Assembly: GCA_008369845.1 (NCBI GenBank) | Contig: MRSU01005060.1 | Span: 1 to 36,591, forward strand | Source of the DNA: Trichomonas gallinae | Lineage: Eukaryota | Direction: 5' to 3' | DNA length: 36,591 bases | Shown: positions 32,029 to 36,591 of the stretch, piece by piece | Layout of the letters: every line of letters starts with the position of its first letter | Position numbering within the stretch: the stretch's first letter is position 1 | The notes under the pieces: model-generated | Database searches by the model: none | Told to the model about the DNA's origin: nothing | What the model saw: the letters and a program-made list of their open reading frames with translations, nothing else | Made by a program: the position numbers and the translations under genes

Positions 32029-32174
32029 TTTATATTTTCTTTTCTTTTCTTCTTTTTTATGATAATATAAAAATGCATTTATCAAAATTAAGATCATTTT
32101 TCCTTCAAAAGCTTCATTTTTTTCATTGTTCGAAATTAATGAGAAATAAAAGAAAGGAAGTTTCACTATCGACA

Positions 32175-33203
32175 ATGCTAAAAGATCCTTTTGTCAATAT
32201 AACAACGCATATTATCATAGTAATAACAGCTGTTTACATTATATTTGCCAAATTAAATTTAAGGATCCAAAATCCAAAGAGTATTTCGATAAATACTGAA
32301 ATAAAAATAGTTCCTAAGTCTGTTTTTATTGCAGATATATTCTCAATTATGGAAGAAATCACTCCATTCTTTCAGCAATTGAATTTATTCATAAATAGTA
32401 TCAAAAATCAGTCAAAATACCACTTCGAAACTGCTATAACCGATGATGTATATAATAAAATTAAAAATTCTGGCCTCAAATACAACTTTTCGGAAGGAAT
32501 AATAAAAAAATTAGATTTTCCTATGTCACCTAATCAGTATAACTTACTACTTTTCTTTGACACACTCGAGAGATTCCTTACAACTAATTATGAATGGTAT
32601 CTACGAATTAGTCCAAATACATATTTAAATTCAGATAATCTTGACAAATTTATCATAGATTTAAGGCATAAATACAACCCGATTATGGATCCAGTAATGA
32701 AAGGCGCAGTTAATGATAAAACTATTCAACGCTTTGTTTTTCTTGAGTCAGGGTTGCTTTTATCTAGAAAAGCTGCAGAGGAAATACTCATAAAAAACCA
32801 ATTCATGAAGTTAAAATGGGTTGTTGAGAAGAAAAAAGAAAAATCATCAACAATTGACTTTATGGATTCAATTACACAGCCGTATTTTGCTGTACACACT
32901 TCTAGGTTTGTTCCTATACGTGCAAACCATCAGGAAATCCAACAGCTAATGATTAAAGATTATAATCAACCAGGTTGTCCATCTTTTGTATTTGATGGTG
33001 AAACAACAGTTAGTGGTGTACCTTTAAGTAGACTTGTAACGATAACATTTGAAACAGCTCCATTTTCAATGTTTGATTTTGATCAAGCTTTATCCAATCG
33101 ACAAAACTATCATTTTATAGCAACAGCGCCACAATTACAAACTTCTTATATTTGTAGGTCACAATCCATAACATCAGACTCATGGATTGATTCGTATTTA
33201 TAA
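32175..33203 (+). CDS. Type II membrane glycosyltransferase-like protein (GT31/fringe-like), DxD motif absent
   Basis: N-terminal TM IIIVITAVYIIF; FLTTNYEWYLRISPNTYLNSDNL, YNPIMDPVMKG and SGLLLSRKAA. Inr TCACT at 32163 supports ATG 32175. Confidence 0.65.
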   Translation: MLKDPFVNITTHIIIVITAVYIIFAKLNLRIQNPKSISINTEIKIVPKSVFIADIFSIMEEITPFFQQLNLFINSIKNQSKYHFETAITDDVYNKIKNSGLKYNFSEGIIKKLDFPMSPNQYNLLLFFDTLERFLTTNYEWYLRISPNTYLNSDNLDKFIIDLRHKYNPIMDPVMKGAVNDKTIQRFVFLESGLLLSRKAAEEILIKNQFMKLKWVVEKKKEKSSTIDFMDSITQPYFAVHTSRFVPIRANHQEIQQLMIKDYNQPGCPSFVFDGETTVSGVPLSRLVTITFETAPFSMFDFDQALSNRQNYHFIATAPQLQTSYICRSQSITSDSWIDSYL

Positions 33204-33425
33204 TTTTCTACATGATTTTAAGATATTTTAATCGAAAAATCTCATGTTGTTGTAAGTAGTAACTGTTGTTAGGTAATATAGCGATATAATAAAATGTTTT
33301 TAATTATGCTAAATAAAATGAAAGAATCAGCAAGAAAATATAAAACAGTTTTAGTATCAATCAAAACAAAAACATATAAAGTGAATAAATGCGAATAATT
33401 AAGGTAAATTAATAGAATTCAGAAA

Positions 33426-33914
33426 TTAATCTGCTTTCTTCTTCTTTTTTGACGAGTTTTTGAGAATATCTATTTTACTTTCAATTGCAGCCTTTTCAAT
33501 CTTTAGTTTTTGATTCCTATCCAGTAGTAATTGAAGGGATGATTTAAGACGTTTTTCTTCTTTGAGAGCATTTTGCTCCTCCACATCTTGCTGCTCTTGG
33601 AATGCTTTTTTCCTCTTCTGAATGAAATCATTTTGCGATTTTTTGAATGCATCGAATTCATCTTGAACTTTGATTAATGTTTCTTTCTTTTTCTGTAATC
33701 TCTTCTGTAGTTTTGTGTTATATTCTGAAAGTTGGACTGCTATTTTTTGTTGTTGCTCTAATTCTTCGAGTAATAATTGTAATTCAACGTTTTCTTCTTG
33801 AACTTGTTCTTGTTTTTCTTCAGGAAGATTTGCATGTGATTTTATTTCGGAAAGTTTCTGATCTAATGCTTTAATCTTCTTGAAGTTTTCAGCGATTTCA
33901 GCATATGGATCCAT
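33426..33914 (-). CDS. Hypothetical coiled-coil protein
   Basis: 162-aa E/K/Q/L-rich heptad ORF with an ATG and a basic C-terminus KKKKK. Confidence 0.75.
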   Translation of the reverse strand: MDPYAEIAENFKKIKALDQKLSEIKSHANLPEEKQEQVQEENVELQLLLEELEQQQKIAVQLSEYNTKLQKRLQKKKETLIKVQDEFDAFKKSQNDFIQKRKKAFQEQQDVEEQNALKEEKRLKSSLQLLLDRNQKLKIEKAAIESKIDILKNSSKKKKKAD

Positions 33915-33946
33915 TTAAAAGAAACTGTACGTTTAATTTTTAATAT

Positions 33947-34022
33947 ATGACATGTAAAAAAATTATTTGTCATGTAAAATAATTGTATTAATTATTGCCT
34001 TGTAAAATCATTTACATGTCAA
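33947..34022. promoter_or_regulatory. Cluster of TTGACATGTAAA-like elements in a 159-bp divergent promoter
   Basis: atgacatgtaaa 33947, ttgtcatgtaaa 33967, ttgccttgtaaa 33995, tttacatgtcaa 34011. Confidence 0.65.
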
Positions 34023-34073
34023 TTTATCAGACTAAAATTTTCTCGTTTTCGAGCAAAATTTTACAAAGATTTT

Positions 34074-34772
34074 ATGGATAATAATGTTCTTGAGCAGCTT
34101 CTTAATTATGTTAGTCAGAATCCAGATGACCCAAACAATGAGTTAAAACGACAAATCATTACAAAAGCATATCATGAAAGGCACAAATTACAAAAATTAA
34201 CAAAAAGACTTCAAAAAATGACTACTGATAACGATGACGATGAATCAACAGCCAATGAGGAAGAAGAAACACCCGAATACGAAGATGATACAGATCAATC
34301 TTATACTTCCGATGTACTACAACGCATTGAGCAACTAATAGATGACGAAGAAATATCTGAAGAAGATGAAAATGCACGTGCTGGTTCTAGTAATGAGTCA
34401 TCACAGATAGATTTATCACTTGTTTTTGGTTCGCAATCTCAAAATGATGGAGAAGAGGACGATGATGAACCTGAGGAAGATAATCCTAGTGCAGATGTAA
34501 GCGCTGATGATAGCACAAGTGCTCTTGAAGCAGTTGTTAATTTTATGAATCTTCAATTAGTTTTGCCATTGGATGCAAGCGCGGCTTGGAACAATCCTTT
34601 CCTTAGACTTATCTCAATGGTGCACGAATTAAACCAAAGATCAATGTCGACCGATCAAGCAATAAAACTTGTGAATCAGCTTGCTGAAAAATTCAAGAAT
34701 AGCAATGCTGATAAGACTAGAGATCAGGTACGAAACGATATAGCCGAGTTTATCAATACCACAGGTGTTTAA
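34074..34772 (+). CDS. Hypothetical protein with a long acidic central region
   Basis: 232-aa ORF with D/E-rich tracts flanked by helical-looking ends. Confidence 0.8.
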   Translation: MDNNVLEQLLNYVSQNPDDPNNELKRQIITKAYHERHKLQKLTKRLQKMTTDNDDDESTANEEEETPEYEDDTDQSYTSDVLQRIEQLIDDEEISEEDENARAGSSNESSQIDLSLVFGSQSQNDGEEDDDEPEEDNPSADVSADDSTSALEAVVNFMNLQLVLPLDASAAWNNPFLRLISMVHELNQRSMSTDQAIKLVNQLAEKFKNSNADKTRDQVRNDIAEFINTTGV

Positions 34773-34999
34773 TCAATTAATTTGAGAAACGAAGTTTTCA
34801 TTTCCATATTTTTATCATTGTTTGTAATTCTCAGCTTAATAATATGCAATATTGGATATATTGCACAGTACATTTACTTTCTTTTTGTTTTAATTTTGAT
34901 ATATGAATAAAAATATCTTAATCATTCAATAGTTTTTGATCCACAACAACGAAGCAACTTTAATATTTGTACACCAGGATCAATATCTAATGAAATAGA

Positions 35000-35150
35000 A
35001 ATTTTGTCAAATAATATGATTTACATGACAAATAATATATTTTTGACATATAAATATATAATCTGTCAAATATAATTATTTACACGACAGATAATAATTT
35101 CTGACATATAAATGTTTAATTTGTCATGTAAATATATTTTCACACGTTAT
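35000..35150. promoter_or_regulatory. Array of ~7-8 TTTACATGACAA / TTGACATATAAA-like elements, ~20-bp period with a ~59-bp higher-order duplication
   Basis: Copies at 35020, 35043, 35079, 35101, 35121 and 35139, plus TGTCAA half-sites at 35005 and 35064. Segment 35005-35055 resembles 35064-35113. Confidence 0.7.
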
Positions 35151-35159
35151 AATTTTAGA

Positions 35160-35795
35160 ATGGATAAAAATACATTACGCGCAAATAAACAGAGGGCTGC
35201 AATTCAAGACCAGCTTCGTGCTGCATTTAGAGGCACGAGTGGAACTGAAGATCAAGTCCAACATCCGTTCATTACTGCATATCAAACGCTCGAACGAGAA
35301 CTTGAGTTTCTTGCCCCATTTCAATCATCAAATCTATTTGAATCAGTCAAAGCTGTGTATGAATCCGCTATGTCTCTCAAGGAAAAAGCTTCGCAATGGT
35401 ATTATGATGATAAAGTTACACCAGAAGGCGAACAAAATCTAGCTTTAGTCCAATTTCATGGAAATGTACTCAAAATACATCGTGTTTTACTTTCAAGAAC
35501 AGTCGAAGGAACGTCTTTGATTCAAGCAGCGCCTGTTTCATTGCAAAAACAGGTAGAAAAGACATACGAAGCACTCGGACAGCTGAGTACAGTCATGAAC
35601 CAGATATCACAGATTCCTAAAGCTCCAGCAGCAAGAACAATGAAACAAAAATCCGCACGGCCTGTTATTGCTCGAAAAGTTGAAGAGCAGGAAGATCCTC
35701 TTGATCTACCTTTGCGTATTTCTCCATTTATTACTGAAGGTGCGAAGAAATCTACTGTTGTTATTGATGGAGTCACTTGGCCTCGTTTTGTTTGA
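35160..35795 (+). CDS. Hypothetical protein
   Basis: The ORF has coding-like composition from ATG 35160 (MDKNTLR). The track start at 35112 lies inside the motif array. Confidence 0.75.
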   Translation: MDKNTLRANKQRAAIQDQLRAAFRGTSGTEDQVQHPFITAYQTLERELEFLAPFQSSNLFESVKAVYESAMSLKEKASQWYYDDKVTPEGEQNLALVQFHGNVLKIHRVLLSRTVEGTSLIQAAPVSLQKQVEKTYEALGQLSTVMNQISQIPKAPAARTMKQKSARPVIARKVEEQEDPLDLPLRISPFITEGAKKSTVVIDGVTWPRFV

Positions 35796-36099
35796 AAAAT
35801 ATGCTCGTACAACACGGATAGTAGATAGTTTTGTATGACATACAAATGTTTTTGAAAAAACAATTTTGTTTGAAAAATTTATGGAATCATCCTAATTATA
35901 TGTTTTGTTGTTTATTATACTATACAACATGCGGGAATTAACATAATAAAGAATCTAGAAATAGATTCAATTCACTCAATATCAAAGATTTTCTGAATAA
36001 AAATAACGCTGTTGCTTTGTTAATCTGATAAATCCAGAATGTTTCTTCATAGACAAGTTCGAGCGTCATTTTTAGCTTAAAGAATTCATATATAAATAA

Positions 36100-36539
36100 G
36101 AAAACATTAAAATTTCAAAAATCATATTCATCCTTGAACATCTTCAACAATATCTGCAACTGATGTAAATGAACAATCTTTATCAATTTGTGATTCTTCT
36201 TGTGGCTAATCTTCATGTGATTTGTCATTAGGTTCATTTTGTTTTCCAGATATTTTTTTGCTGATTTTTGGGTTGTTTTATTTCATTTTCTTTTTGTTTT
36301 TTGCTCTGCTTCTTCTTTATTTTCCTTTGAACTTTGTGACTATTGATATATATATATTTAGGTTTATCACTTAAACTGATAATTCTCCTCCTTGAAGATG
36401 ATCTGCGATGACAAAACTTTGATAATTAATAAAATTGTTCAAATTAGCATTATAGTTTCATAATTCTTCTTTTTCTTTCTGATTTAATCTAAACTGCGTT
36501 TCAAAAGTCAAGTTTGGCCAAAAATTTGATAACTCTCAT
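36100..36539 (-). pseudogene. Decayed gene remnant with core promoter retained
   Basis: AAAGTGAC plus TCAAT/TCATT, then ATG at 36539, followed by stop- and frameshift-broken E/K/Q-rich segments (SKENKEEAEQK; QNEPNDKSHED*PQEESQIDKDCSFTSVADIVEDVQG*). Confidence 0.4.
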
Positions 36540-36591
36540 AGAATAATTCAATGAGTAGTATTGAAAAAATTGTCACTTTTCAGACCTGACT

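Overview
AT-rich, gene-dense, apparently intron-less eukaryotic DNA, most likely Trichomonas vaginalis or a close trichomonad. This is inferred from TCA(C/T)T initiator (Inr) elements shortly before many ATGs, AAAGTGAC (M2-like) and CCTTT (M5-like) promoter motifs, and BspA-like, GGAI/Pmp-like, ankyrin, tetraspanin and divergent B56 genes. About 20 coding regions are present: a partial EEEARLKA-repeat protein missed by the ORF track, PP2A B56, an ankyrin protein, a PreA/DHODH-fold flavoprotein with a 2x[4Fe-4S] domain, SF3B3, a tetraspanin, Ipi1/TEX10, an HP1-like protein with a divergent chromo-type neighbour, a papain-fold protein, an amino-acid transporter, ORMDL, a GT31-like protein and several hypotheticals. 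There are also start-less or decayed pseudogenes. Most notable: (i) a quasi-palindromic 12-bp element (TTTACATGTCAA / TTGACATGTAAA) forming ~20-bp-phased arrays upstream of several unrelated genes; (ii) several homologues whose canonical catalytic or binding residues are replaced (PreA-like, papain-like, GT31-like, B56); (iii) an HP1-like and Tudor-knot/chromoshadow-like gene pair separated by a ~100-bp tandem repeat. No tRNA, rRNA, CRISPR array, intron or intact transposon was recognised. All family assignments come from motif recognition by eye, not database searches.
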